From the NCBI GenBank assembly GCA_012517065.1, contig JAAYVR010000228.1:6502-70501 (forward strand): 64,000 nt of DNA, given 5' to 3'. Shown piece by piece: positions 1 to 8,883 of the stretch. The notes under the pieces were generated by a model. It ran no database searches and was not told the origin of the DNA. It was given only the letters and a program-made list of their open reading frames with translations. A program made the position numbers and the translations under genes. This DNA is from Verrucomicrobiota bacterium. Its GTDB lineage: Bacteria; Verrucomicrobiota; Verrucomicrobiia; Limisphaerales; J093. Numbering within the stretch: position 1 is the first letter of the stretch; the number at the start of each line of letters is the position of its first letter.

Positions 1-3000
1 GTGGTATCGAGACGGAGCGCCGATTGAAGGCGCTACGAACCAAACGTTGAGCTTGCCCGCGGTTTCGATGAGCGACGATCAAGCCGCTTTCTACGCGGTC
101 GCCAGCAATTGGGTGGCTGGCACCAGTTGCATGGCTACAAGCTTGGTGGCCAGATTGACCGTGCAGCCGGACCTGACGCCGCCGGTTGTTGTTTCCGTTC
201 TGCCTGCGGCGAACGCAACGGTCAGCAGCCTCAAAACCATCGAGGTCTTTTTCAACAAACCCGTCACCAACGTTGACGCTTCCGATCTCTTGATCAATGG
301 ATCAGAAGCCAGCCAGGTCCAAATGCTCACACCCGCCCAGTACCTGTTCAGTTTCGCGCAGCCACCGCCCGGAACTGTGCAGGTGGCATGGGACACAGAT
401 CATCGCATAACCGACCTGACCTCTTCTGCCAATCCGTTCGGCGGCGGCAGTTGGACGTATCGCCTCGCTACCAACCTCATTTACGCCGTCCTCATCAACG
501 AATTCATGGCCGCCAACCGCTATTTCCTCCGAGACGAGGATGGCGATTACTCGGACTGGATTGAACTCTACAACTCGGCCAGCGTCTCTGTGCCGCTTGA
601 AGGCTGCTATTTGACGGACAACAGCCGCAGACTGACGATGTGGCGGTTCCCCAGTATCACCATGCCACCAAAGAGCTATCTGCTGGTTTGGGCTTCCGGA
701 AAAAACCGCGCCAGCCCCACCTCGCCGCTCCACACCAACTTCCAGCTCGACAAGGACGGCGGTTACCTCGCGCTGGTCATGCCCGATGGCACCAACGTCG
801 TCTCCGCTTTTACCCCCACCTACCCACCCCAACACACCGATGTGTCCTACGGACGCGACCGGTCAGACCCTTCGCTTCTTGGGTTTTTCACGTCGCCCAC
901 ACCTCGAGCAGCGAATTCAACCGCTGGGGCGAGTTTCGCCCCTGAAGTGCGCTTTTCTCGCGACTCCGGCACTTTTACAACACCCTTCTCACTGAGCCTG
1001 AGCACGACGAGTACCAACGCCGAAATCCGGTACACTCTTGGAACCAACGCGCCGACGGCTTCGAGCGAACTTTACAAACAGCCAATCTTGATCACCAACA
1101 CCGTGCAAGTGCGGGCGCGCGCGTTCATGGCCGGGCGGTTGCCGAGCGACATTCAATCGCGAGCATACCTGTACCTTGATCCTACCACGACCAACGTGAC
1201 GCGATTCACCTCCCCGCTGCCAATCGTGGTCTTTCACAACTATGGCAAGGGTGAAGTGCCATACAGCGATCCCGGCCAATTCTCCCTGATCCAGGTCTTC
1301 GAACCCAGGAACGGCCGCAGCGCCCTCACCAATGCACCGGACTCCGCCGTCATGGGCACAATTCATCGTCGCGGCCAAGCCACGCGCTGGCTGCCCAAAA
1401 TGAGCCTGCGCGTCGAGACCATCGACGAATACGGCGACAACAAGAACGTCCCGATGGCTGGATTCCCCGCGGACGACGACTGGGTGTTTTATGCGATTAA
1501 CGGGTATGACAAGGTGCTGATGCACAATCCGCTTTCGCACGAGCTGTATCGTCAACTGGGCCGGTATTCATCGCGCACACGGTTCGTCGAGGTCTTCATC
1601 AAAGACGATTCCGGCCCGCCTGGCCCAATCACCGCGGCCGACTACAACGGTCTCTATGTCCTCGAAGAAAAGGTGAAGATTCACAAGCAGCGCGTGGACA
1701 TCGACGAGCTTCAGGACGAAAACACAACTCCGCCCAGCGTCACGGGCGGTTATTTGTTCAGCATCGACAAGGACGGTGACTGGCCTCCCCTTTACGCTGC
1801 CAATTCCTCGATGTGGTATATCGATCCTGACGCAGCCACTATCAGCACTCCGCAACGAGCGCCCCAGATGCAATACATCACTGATTACCTCAACGCTTTC
1901 TACAGCGCCTTGACCGGGTCATCATGGACAAACCCGGTTACCGGTTACGCCGCCTACATCGACGTGCCAGCGTTCATCGATTTCCACCTCCACCAAACGC
2001 TGGTGTTTAACGTGGACATGCTGCGCATCAGTACGTTTTACTGCAAACCCCGCAACGGAAAGCTCACCCCTGCGGCGCTCTGGGATTTCGATCGAGCCTT
2101 CGGGATGTACTCGGCCGATGGCGACTACCGCGGGTTCAATCCATCTCGTTGGCGATCGGCCGGCATGGACGGCGGCACAGACCCGTTCAACCCATGCAAC
2201 ACGTTCGATAATCCATGGTACGGGCGTTTGTTCACCGACCCGGATTTCTGGCAGCGGTGGATCGATCGATATCAGGAGCTGCGCCGTACCACATACAGCT
2301 CCTCGAACATAACAGCGTTGATCAATCGCTACGCCGACGAGGTGAACGAAGCCACTGCACGTGAATACGCAAGGTGGCGTGGCTCGGGCAGCTCAGACAC
2401 CACCCCCAACCAGGGCCGAATCAGCGCAGACGGCTGGACCTACACGTTCCCAACGCCGGGCACATGGGCGGCACAAGTCGAGTTCATCAAGGTCTGGTTC
2501 ACCAATCGCCTGACGTTCATGGACACCAATTTCCTTGCACCGCCCACGCTGAGTCTTCCCGGCGGCAAAGTCCCTTATGGCACCGTGGTCACACTCGCTC
2601 CAGCCGCGAAACCGGGGAGTTCAGTGCTGTACACACTCGATGGCCAAGACCCCCGTCTGCCTGGCGGCGCGATCTCGCCCGCTGCATTGTCGAGCAGTTC
2701 TCCGGTGACGCTCACCATCACCGGCAATGTGTGGGTCACGGCGCGGTCATACAACCCGGCACACCGCAATCTCACCGGCCCCAACAACCCGCCCATCTCG
2801 AGCCCATGGTCGGGGCCTGTCAGCGCGTCGTACTATTCGACCGTGCCTGACCTGCGCATCACGGAGATCATGTATCATCCCGCAAAGGCCGCATCAGGCG
2901 ACACTGATCCCGGCGACTTCGAGTATCTCGAGCTGGCCAACGTCGGTAGCAAGCCTCTGAGTCTCGTCGGATTCAAGGTCACCAAGGGTATCGATTTCAC

Positions 3001-4585
3001 GTTCACCGGCGCCAGCCAGTTAACCAGCCTCAATCCCGGTGAGCGCGTGCTGATCGTGCGAAACCTCGCCGCCTTTGCCTCTCGCTACCCATTCGCAACC
3101 AATCGCGTTGCTGGCGAGTTCACTGGTCAACTCGACGATGCGGGCGAAGGCATCGCCCTCGTTGGTCCTTTGGGCGAACTGATCCACGATTTCGTCTTCG
3201 ACAACCGCTGGTATCCGATCACCGACGGTTTCGGTTTCTCCTTGGTGATCAACGATGAGCAAGCGCCCCCGGACCGTTGGATTGACCAAGCCCAATGGCG
3301 GCCCAGCGCACACGACGGGGGTTCCCCCGGTGCACCGGACCCCCAACCTACCGTGAACCCAACCGTGATCGTGAACGAAGTCCTTTCCAACCCCATCGCG
3401 CCGGAGGACGACGCGATCGAGCTGTGGAACCCAAACCCAACAGCGGTGGATTTGAGTTACTGGTACGTCACTGACGACCCCGACACGCCGCGCAAATTCA
3501 TGATCCCGCCCGGCACCCGCATTCCCGGAGGCGGCTTCATGGTCTTCCACCGCGCAACCTTCTTTGGCGTCCCGGGTACATTGAATGCCCTGAACAAGAC
3601 CAACCAAGCCTTCGGTCTGAGCGCTGACGGTGAAGCCGCCTTCCTATTCTCCGGCGATGCGCAGGGTTATCTCACGGGCTACTGCGACGGATTCGAGTTT
3701 GGCCCCGCAGCACCAGGCGTGACCTTCGGCCGCCACACCAACAGCGTCGGTCAGGTGATGACCGTGCCATTAAGTCAGAGCACACTCGGCAGCGACAACG
3801 CCCCGCCACTGATCGGTCCGGTAGTCATCAGCGAAATCATGTGCGCACCGCCTGACCTTGTCATCGGCGGCCTTGCGTCGCCGAACGCGCGCGATGAATT
3901 CCTTGAATTGCAGAACATCAGCTCAGAGGCTGTGCCACTCTACGACCCTGACAACCCCGCAAACACGTGGAGAATCGACGGCGGCGTGAATTTTGCGTTC
4001 CCGCCGGGAACCGTGATGCCGCCACATTCATCCCTGTTGATCGTGAGTTTCAGCCCTGAAACCGAGCTGGATGCGCTGGCAGCATTCCGGACAACATACG
4101 GTCTGACGAATAGCGTGCCCATCTATGGGCCATTCAACGGCCGCTTAAACAACGCCGGTGAGGCCATCGAGCTATATCAGCCCGGCGCGCCGAACCCAAA
4201 CACGCAGGTCGCACCATTGAACTTGATTGACCGGGTCAAGTACGACACGGCCATTCCATGGCCCGATGGCGCCAATCGCACAGGCGCAAGTCTGCAGAGA
4301 ATAGACTCGAACGCTTTCGGCAATGACCCGGCCAATTGGATTGCCGCATGGCCAACACCAGGCCAATCTCTCGTCCCCAGAATGATGATTCGCGTCCAGA
4401 CCGGAATGATTATTCTCGAGTGGGAGGATTCGCCCTTCAATTGGGAGCTCGAAGAAACCACCGAACTTAAGCCCCCAATCGAATGGCGCGCGTCGGGTGC
4501 GCTGCCTGTTTTCAGCGAGGGATGGTGGCATGCGCTCGTACCCCAGTCCGCCGCCACGATCTATTTCCGTCTGAAAGGCCCATAG
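1..4585 (+). CDS. Large secreted CotH-family protein with four lamin-tail (LTD) domains; 5' end lies outside the window
   Basis: The frame is open from nt 2 (WYRDGAPIEGATNQTLSL precedes the first Met at 47), so the gene is cut by the window edge. LTD signatures: INEFMAAN..DWIELYN, ITEIMYHP..FEYLELANVG, VNEVLSNP..DAIELWNPN, ISEIMCAP..EFLELQNIS. Central CotH-like block: HNPLSHELYRQLGRYSSRTRFVEVFI..YNGLYVLEEKVKI. C-terminus ends in the recurrent ...IYFRLKGP module. Confidence 0.75.
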   Translation, partial: WYRDGAPIEGATNQTLSLPAVSMSDDQAAFYAVASNWVAGTSCMATSLVARLTVQPDLTPPVVVSVLPAANATVSSLKTIEVFFNKPVTNVDASDLLINGSEASQVQMLTPAQYLFSFAQPPPGTVQVAWDTDHRITDLTSSANPFGGGSWTYRLATNLIYAVLINEFMAANRYFLRDEDGDYSDWIELYNSASVSVPLEGCYLTDNSRRLTMWRFPSITMPPKSYLLVWASGKNRASPTSPLHTNFQLDKDGGYLALVMPDGTNVVSAFTPTYPPQHTDVSYGRDRSDPSLLGFFTSPTPRAANSTAGASFAPEVRFSRDSGTFTTPFSLSLSTTSTNAEIRYTLGTNAPTASSELYKQPILITNTVQVRARAFMAGRLPSDIQSRAYLYLDPTTTNVTRFTSPLPIVVFHNYGKGEVPYSDPGQFSLIQVFEPRNGRSALTNAPDSAVMGTIHRRGQATRWLPKMSLRVETIDEYGDNKNVPMAGFPADDDWVFYAINGYDKVLMHNPLSHELYRQLGRYSSRTRFVEVFIKDDSGPPGPITAADYNGLYVLEEKVKIHKQRVDIDELQDENTTPPSVTGGYLFSIDKDGDWPPLYAANSSMWYIDPDAATISTPQRAPQMQYITDYLNAFYSALTGSSWTNPVTGYAAYIDVPAFIDFHLHQTLVFNVDMLRISTFYCKPRNGKLTPAALWDFDRAFGMYSADGDYRGFNPSRWRSAGMDGGTDPFNPCNTFDNPWYGRLFTDPDFWQRWIDRYQELRRTTYSSSNITALINRYADEVNEATAREYARWRGSGSSDTTPNQGRISADGWTYTFPTPGTWAAQVEFIKVWFTNRLTFMDTNFLAPPTLSLPGGKVPYGTVVTLAPAAKPGSSVLYTLDGQDPRLPGGAISPAALSSSSPVTLTITGNVWVTARSYNPAHRNLTGPNNPPISSPWSGPVSASYYSTVPDLRITEIMYHPAKAASGDTDPGDFEYLELANVGSKPLSLVGFKVTKGIDFTFTGASQLTSLNPGERVLIVRNLAAFASRYPFATNRVAGEFTGQLDDAGEGIALVGPLGELIHDFVFDNRWYPITDGFGFSLVINDEQAPPDRWIDQAQWRPSAHDGGSPGAPDPQPTVNPTVIVNEVLSNPIAPEDDAIELWNPNPTAVDLSYWYVTDDPDTPRKFMIPPGTRIPGGGFMVFHRATFFGVPGTLNALNKTNQAFGLSADGEAAFLFSGDAQGYLTGYCDGFEFGPAAPGVTFGRHTNSVGQVMTVPLSQSTLGSDNAPPLIGPVVISEIMCAPPDLVIGGLASPNARDEFLELQNISSEAVPLYDPDNPANTWRIDGGVNFAFPPGTVMPPHSSLLIVSFSPETELDALAAFRTTYGLTNSVPIYGPFNGRLNNAGEAIELYQPGAPNPNTQVAPLNLIDRVKYDTAIPWPDGANRTGASLQRIDSNAFGNDPANWIAAWPTPGQSLVPRMMIRVQTGMIILEWEDSPFNWELEETTELKPPIEWRASGALPVFSEGWWHALVPQSAATIYFRLKGP

Positions 4586-4623
4586 ACCGCGCGCTTCACA
4601 TCGTGGTGCATCTCTAAACCCCA

Positions 4624-4775
4624 AATATCGTGTCTGTCACTCTATTTGCTGGGCGCGCACCACCCCCCCCGACTAGCGGCACTCAAAGGTCCTCTGAAAC
4701 TTCAGCCATAACGCCACAATACCCGTCCGGCCCGGTCCAACGCGGCCGCCACAATATCGTGTCTGTCACTCTATT
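4624..4775 (+). repeat. Two identical 23-bp direct repeats (A-motif variant) spaced 129 bp apart
   Basis: AATATCGTGTCTGTCACTCTATT occurs at 4624-4646 and 4753-4775. It shares the core GTGTCTGTC.C..TAT with the dispersed A motif and lies immediately upstream of a truncated gene. Confidence 0.8.
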
Positions 4776-4804
4776 CATTCACCAAATGCGGTGCGTCGTG
4801 GTAA

Positions 4805-5104
4805 GGATACATCATCGAGGAAACACTGCGCGTGGTTGACCCGGATGCAGCGTATTTCTGGGCCACGCATCAAGGGGCGGAAATTGACCTTGTGCTGCAA
4901 AAGGCGGGTCGGTTGTATGGTGTGGAATGCAAACGTGTGGATGCGCCAACGCTGACCCGTTCGATGCGCATTGCATTGGCAGACTTGAAGCTGGAGCGCA
5001 TTGCTGTGGTTTATCCAGGTACGAAGCGGTTTGCTTTGCATGAGCGAGTCGAGGCTGCGCCACTAGCAGCCATGGTGGACGGAATGAAAGGTTTGTTCCC
5101 ATGA
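4805..5104 (+). pseudogene. 3' remnant of a DUF4143-type AAA ATPase gene (about 100 of an expected ~390 codons)
   Basis: The translation GYIIEETLRVVDPDAAYFWATHQGAEIDLVLQKAGRLYGVECKRVDAPTLTRSMRIALADLKLERIAVVYPG matches the C-terminal DUF4143 region of these ATPases (recalled family pattern). An in-frame stop lies at 4802-4804. There is no Walker-motif N-terminus upstream, only repeats. Confidence 0.55.
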
Positions 5105-5251
5105 GCCGGAAACTTCGCTCGATTACCATATGGGCATATGTGATGGATTGGCCGGTGAGATTTCCAGCCTGGAATCGCGGGCTTGACCGTGCCTGGTCGG
5201 CCTGCGACAAAGTTGTCAGCCTAACAAGCGAATGACATCGCGTGTCCAATT

Positions 5252-6937
5252 ATGAAACTGAGCGTTTTTCCTTTTGCCATTGGGTTTGTGGCGTCGTGGT
5301 TTGCCATCACGAGTCACTGCGCAGAGACCGTCAGTTATCGGAGGCTGCCCCTGACCGAATACCGCAACAAGATGAAAGCGGGTTGGATCGGCCAGATCGT
5401 TGGCGTTTCATGGGGCGGTCCGACGGAGTTCAAGTGGCAGGACAAAATCATCCCCGCAGACAAAATGCCGGCATGGAAACCGGAGATGATCAATGACGCT
5501 TTTGGCCAGGACGATCTCTACGTCGAGATGACTTTTCTGAGGACGCTCGAGCAGTACGGGTTGGACGTGTCAATCCGGCAAGCTGGCATCGACTTCGCAA
5601 ACACGCGGTATCCCCTCTGGTGCGCGAACAATGCCGGACGCACAAACCTGCGGAAAGGCATCGCGCCACCCGATTCAAGCCATCCCAAGTTCAACAGATG
5701 CCCAAACGACATTGACTATCAGATCGAGGCGGATTACTCGGGTCTGATCGCACCCGGCATTCCACAAGCCGCAGTTGATCTCGGCGAAAAATTTGGTCGT
5801 TTGATGAATTACGGCGACGGCATGTACGCAGGCCAGTTTGTCGGCGCAATGTACGCCGCCGCGTTCTTCGAAAACCAGCCGACAAAGATAGTCGAGACCG
5901 CGCTCGCGGCGATTCCCGCCGAAAGCCAGTATGCCGAAATGGTCCGCGATGTCCTGGCCTGGTACAAGGCCGCACCAAATAACTGGCAAAAGGGATGGGA
6001 AAAATGCCAGGAGAAATACCGGCGAAATCCTGAATACCAAAAAGCGTCCAACGGCGGCATCGATTGCAAGATCAATGGCGCTTATGTGTTGCTTGGGTTG
6101 TTGTACGGCAAGGGCGATCCGGATCAGACCGTCCTGATTTCCTGCCGAAGCGGCATGGATTCAGACTGCAACCCGTCCACGGCAGCGGGTGTCTTGTTCA
6201 CATCGATTGGTTTTGCCGAGTTGCCGGAGCGTTTCCGGACGGGGCTAGATCAGGATCGCAAGTTCAGTCACACCGATTACAACTTCCCTGGCTTGATCGC
6301 AGTGTGCGAGAAGCTCGCGCGGCAGATTGTGACGCGTTACGGCGGACATATTGAACAATTGCCGGGAGGCGAAGAGGTGTTTGTCATCCCAGTGCAGTCT
6401 CCCAAACCGAGTCGGTTGGAATTGAGCTGGGCGCCGGGGCCGATCGCCAACAGCCGGTTCACGCCGGAGGAAATGGCCAAGATAGTCGTTGGCAATGCAC
6501 CGGAAAAAGTCAAAGAAGCTCTCGCCAAGTTCGCTCCTGGCTGGCAAATCGATAATTGCGGGCCTGACATGGACCCCGGCCTTCGCGAAGAGTGGCAGGG
6601 GCGAAAGAACGTCTTTGTTTCGCATCCACTCGACCAGCAGACCGGCTGTGTACTGAGCCGAACGATCAATGTGCCCGCCGGGCAGACAACCCAGCTCAGA
6701 TTGATTGTCGGACACGATCCGCAGGGCGATTTTGATCTGATTGTTCGCGTGGCAGGCGAGGAACGGTTGCGCACACCGGTGAGTGCTCGGACAGCGACAG
6801 ACGGTCATTGGCTGCCGGTTACAGTGGACCTGACACCTTTTGCGGGGAAGACAGTAAAGGTCGAGCTCGTTAATGAGCCGACCGGTTGGGCTTACGAAGC
6901 CGCCTATTGGGCTGAAATCGCGGTCGAAAGCAGGTAG
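5252..6937 (+). CDS. Secreted ADP-ribosylglycohydrolase-family protein with extra C-terminal domain
   Basis: N-terminal signal peptide (MKLSVFPFAIGFVASWFAITSHC). ARH-family motifs include GQDDLYVEMTF and SCRSGMDSDCNPSTAAGVLF (analogous to the GGDTDT..AA metal site). 561-aa intact ORF. Confidence 0.65.
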   Translation: MKLSVFPFAIGFVASWFAITSHCAETVSYRRLPLTEYRNKMKAGWIGQIVGVSWGGPTEFKWQDKIIPADKMPAWKPEMINDAFGQDDLYVEMTFLRTLEQYGLDVSIRQAGIDFANTRYPLWCANNAGRTNLRKGIAPPDSSHPKFNRCPNDIDYQIEADYSGLIAPGIPQAAVDLGEKFGRLMNYGDGMYAGQFVGAMYAAAFFENQPTKIVETALAAIPAESQYAEMVRDVLAWYKAAPNNWQKGWEKCQEKYRRNPEYQKASNGGIDCKINGAYVLLGLLYGKGDPDQTVLISCRSGMDSDCNPSTAAGVLFTSIGFAELPERFRTGLDQDRKFSHTDYNFPGLIAVCEKLARQIVTRYGGHIEQLPGGEEVFVIPVQSPKPSRLELSWAPGPIANSRFTPEEMAKIVVGNAPEKVKEALAKFAPGWQIDNCGPDMDPGLREEWQGRKNVFVSHPLDQQTGCVLSRTINVPAGQTTQLRLIVGHDPQGDFDLIVRVAGEERLRTPVSARTATDGHWLPVTVDLTPFAGKTVKVELVNEPTGWAYEAAYWAEIAVESR

Positions 6938-7073
6938 GATTGCGCAAGTGCCTCTGCCGTTCTGCGGAATTGGCTGCAACTTTGTCGCGGCCTTTGTACC
7001 CACTCTTGTCGGCGGTCTTGCGGTTGATGACGCGTGCCTGACTTACGATTTGAGATCACGGGTCGCTCGGACG

Positions 7074-8231
7074 TCACGTGATTGCAAGGGGCGCGTATTC
7101 TTTCCCGCCTACAAATGACCTGTACCCGTCTATCCTGCCGTCCTCGGATGTCTTGATGAGGCAGAAGTCGGCTGGCATGCCAGGAGTGAGGTCGATCGGC
7201 AACGCCATCAATTCTGCCGGGCCCAGGCTGTAATTCGCCCACGCCGATTGCCATGGGCAACCGAGCATTTGCGCTGCACGCGAGACACCTGCGATCGGAC
7301 ACAGAGATGACCCTGCGTACTGCGATGTTCCGGGCATTCGAACCACTCCATCAGTGCCAACGTCTATTTCGATCTCCCGGAGTTTGTATCTGCCGGGCGG
7401 CATCCCCGCCGCAGCCATGGCATCAGAGATGTACACGATCGAGCGGGTCTGCTTGACCCTGTGAATGATTCTGAACAACGGCGGCGCAACGTGAATGCGA
7501 TCGGGAATGACAGTGACCACAAGGTCTGATTGGTCAAGAACACGCCATGTGATGTTATCGTGCCTGTCCCAGAGCGGTGGGCAGCCATTGCCAACGTGCG
7601 TGAATGCTGTTGCGCCGGCGCGGATGGCTTCAGCGAGAGTTTCCGCAGAAGCATCTGTGTGGCCAAGGAACACTTTGATGCCCATGGAAACTGCCAGTCT
7701 GACGGCTTCGATAGCCCCGGCGCGCTCGGGTGCGAGGGTGAGAATGACACGATCTTTGCCCGTAGCCGCACGCAACTGGCGGATGTGTACGGGGGTGGGA
7801 TCAGCAAAACAATCGGGATCGTGAGCACCGTAAAAGCCGGGTTTCGAAGAAAGAAAAGGTCCTTCGATGTGCCAGCCGATTACGGCATGGTTAAGGAGAG
7901 GCGATGTTGCGCAGATTCGGCGCAGAGTTGTCAGGCGTTCGATCAAGCGCGGCCATTGTTCGGTTACCAGCGTCAGCATGAACCTCGAGCAGCCAGCCTG
8001 ATGCAGGCCGTTGACCGCGCGTTCCAGTTGTCCGCGGTCGATGACGTCGCTTTGGAAATCGATCCCGAGAAAGCCGTTGACCTGCAAATCGATCAACCCG
8101 GGCGCGATCCACCAATTGCCGGTCTCGGCACCGGGCGCTCTTTCCCTTTCGGTGATGATTCCGTCGTCAAACCTGAGGCGGATTATGTCGTTTGACCAAC
8201 AATCCCTTGCGATTACGTCGCCTCGTGTCAT
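7074..8231 (-). CDS. nagA: N-acetylglucosamine-6-phosphate deacetylase-like amidohydrolase
   Basis: Motifs: GLIDLQVNGFLGIDF, WHIEGPFLS, LTLAPE, LGHTDAS, THVGNG. The start is set at Met 153 of the 537-aa track ORF (ATG at 8229-8231, MTRGDVIARD...) because the upstream 152 codons run through the tandem repeat array. Confidence 0.75.
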   Translation of the reverse strand: MTRGDVIARDCWSNDIIRLRFDDGIITERERAPGAETGNWWIAPGLIDLQVNGFLGIDFQSDVIDRGQLERAVNGLHQAGCSRFMLTLVTEQWPRLIERLTTLRRICATSPLLNHAVIGWHIEGPFLSSKPGFYGAHDPDCFADPTPVHIRQLRAATGKDRVILTLAPERAGAIEAVRLAVSMGIKVFLGHTDASAETLAEAIRAGATAFTHVGNGCPPLWDRHDNITWRVLDQSDLVVTVIPDRIHVAPPLFRIIHRVKQTRSIVYISDAMAAAGMPPGRYKLREIEIDVGTDGVVRMPGTSQYAGSSLCPIAGVSRAAQMLGCPWQSAWANYSLGPAELMALPIDLTPGMPADFCLIKTSEDGRIDGYRSFVGGKEYAPLAIT

Positions 8232-8306
8232 ATGCCGACGATATGCTCTTGATGAAGCCAATGGCAAGTGGACACGTCGGCAGGAGCGCCGCGATTCTTG
8301 GAATGC

Positions 8307-8362
8307 GATATGGGGACAGGCACGCAGTTTCCGCACCTCAACGATATGGTGACAGGCACGTT
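8307..8362 (-). repeat. Two A-motif copies (reverse orientation)
   Basis: GATATGGGGACAGGCACGC (8307-8325) and GATATGGTGACAGGCACGTT (8343-8362) are reverse complements of ACGTGCCTGTC(C/A)CCATATC. Confidence 0.75.
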
Positions 8363-8382
8363 GCCGGGCACGTTGATTCCGC

Positions 8383-8835
8383 CACCCAACCGGTGGACCT
8401 GCTGGTGGCGCCGGATTTGCGTGATTGAAACCAGTCGTACGATCTGGCGTCGGGTTGATGCGGCCGGGGACGGCCGCGCTCCCGGCGCCGTTGTTTTCTC
8501 CAACGCCTGCAGGAGCGCGGGCATTCTTGCCCGCACCCAACCGGTGGACGTTCGGGCGCCGGATTTGCGTGATTGAAACCGGTCGTACGATCGGGCGTCG
8601 GCTTGATGCGGCCGGGGACGGCCGCGCTCCCGAGCGCCATTGCTGTTTCCAAGGCGTCGATGGGAGCGCGGCGATTCTTCGCCGCACCCAGCCGGTCTAT
8701 GTTCGGGCGACTTATTTGCGTGATTGAAACCGGTCGTACGGACGGGCGTCGGGTTGATGCGGCCGGGGACGGCCGCGCTCCCAGCGCCGTTGCTGTTTCC
8801 AACGCGTCGATGGGAGCGCGGCGATTTACACCGGA
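8383..8835. repeat. Tandem array of three ~150-bp units (periods 149 and 151 bp), each with a GC hairpin (module H)
   Basis: GATTGAAACC recurs at 8422, 8571 and 8722. Each unit contains GGGTTGATGCGGCCGGGGACGGCCGCGCTCCC with the perfect hairpin GCGGCCG-GGGA-CGGCCGC (for example 8459-8476). A partial unit end lies at 8277-8300. Confidence 0.85.
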
Positions 8836-8883
8836 ATTACGGTCTAAGCGGGTTTGGTCAGTTGGGCCGGTGGAATTACCGAG

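Noticed and set aside
7074-8687. 537-aa ORF suggesting a much longer NagA with a 152-aa N-terminal extension
   Set aside because: The extension (8232-8687) is the translation of the tandem repeat array and A motifs (Arg/Pro/Ala-rich and internally repetitive). A good Met with NagA-like sequence starts at 8231.
8277-8835. Possible CRISPR array (regularly spaced conserved cores)
   Set aside because: The segments between the conserved cores are themselves repeated from unit to unit, so there are no unique spacers. The period is about 150 bp, and no cas genes are nearby.
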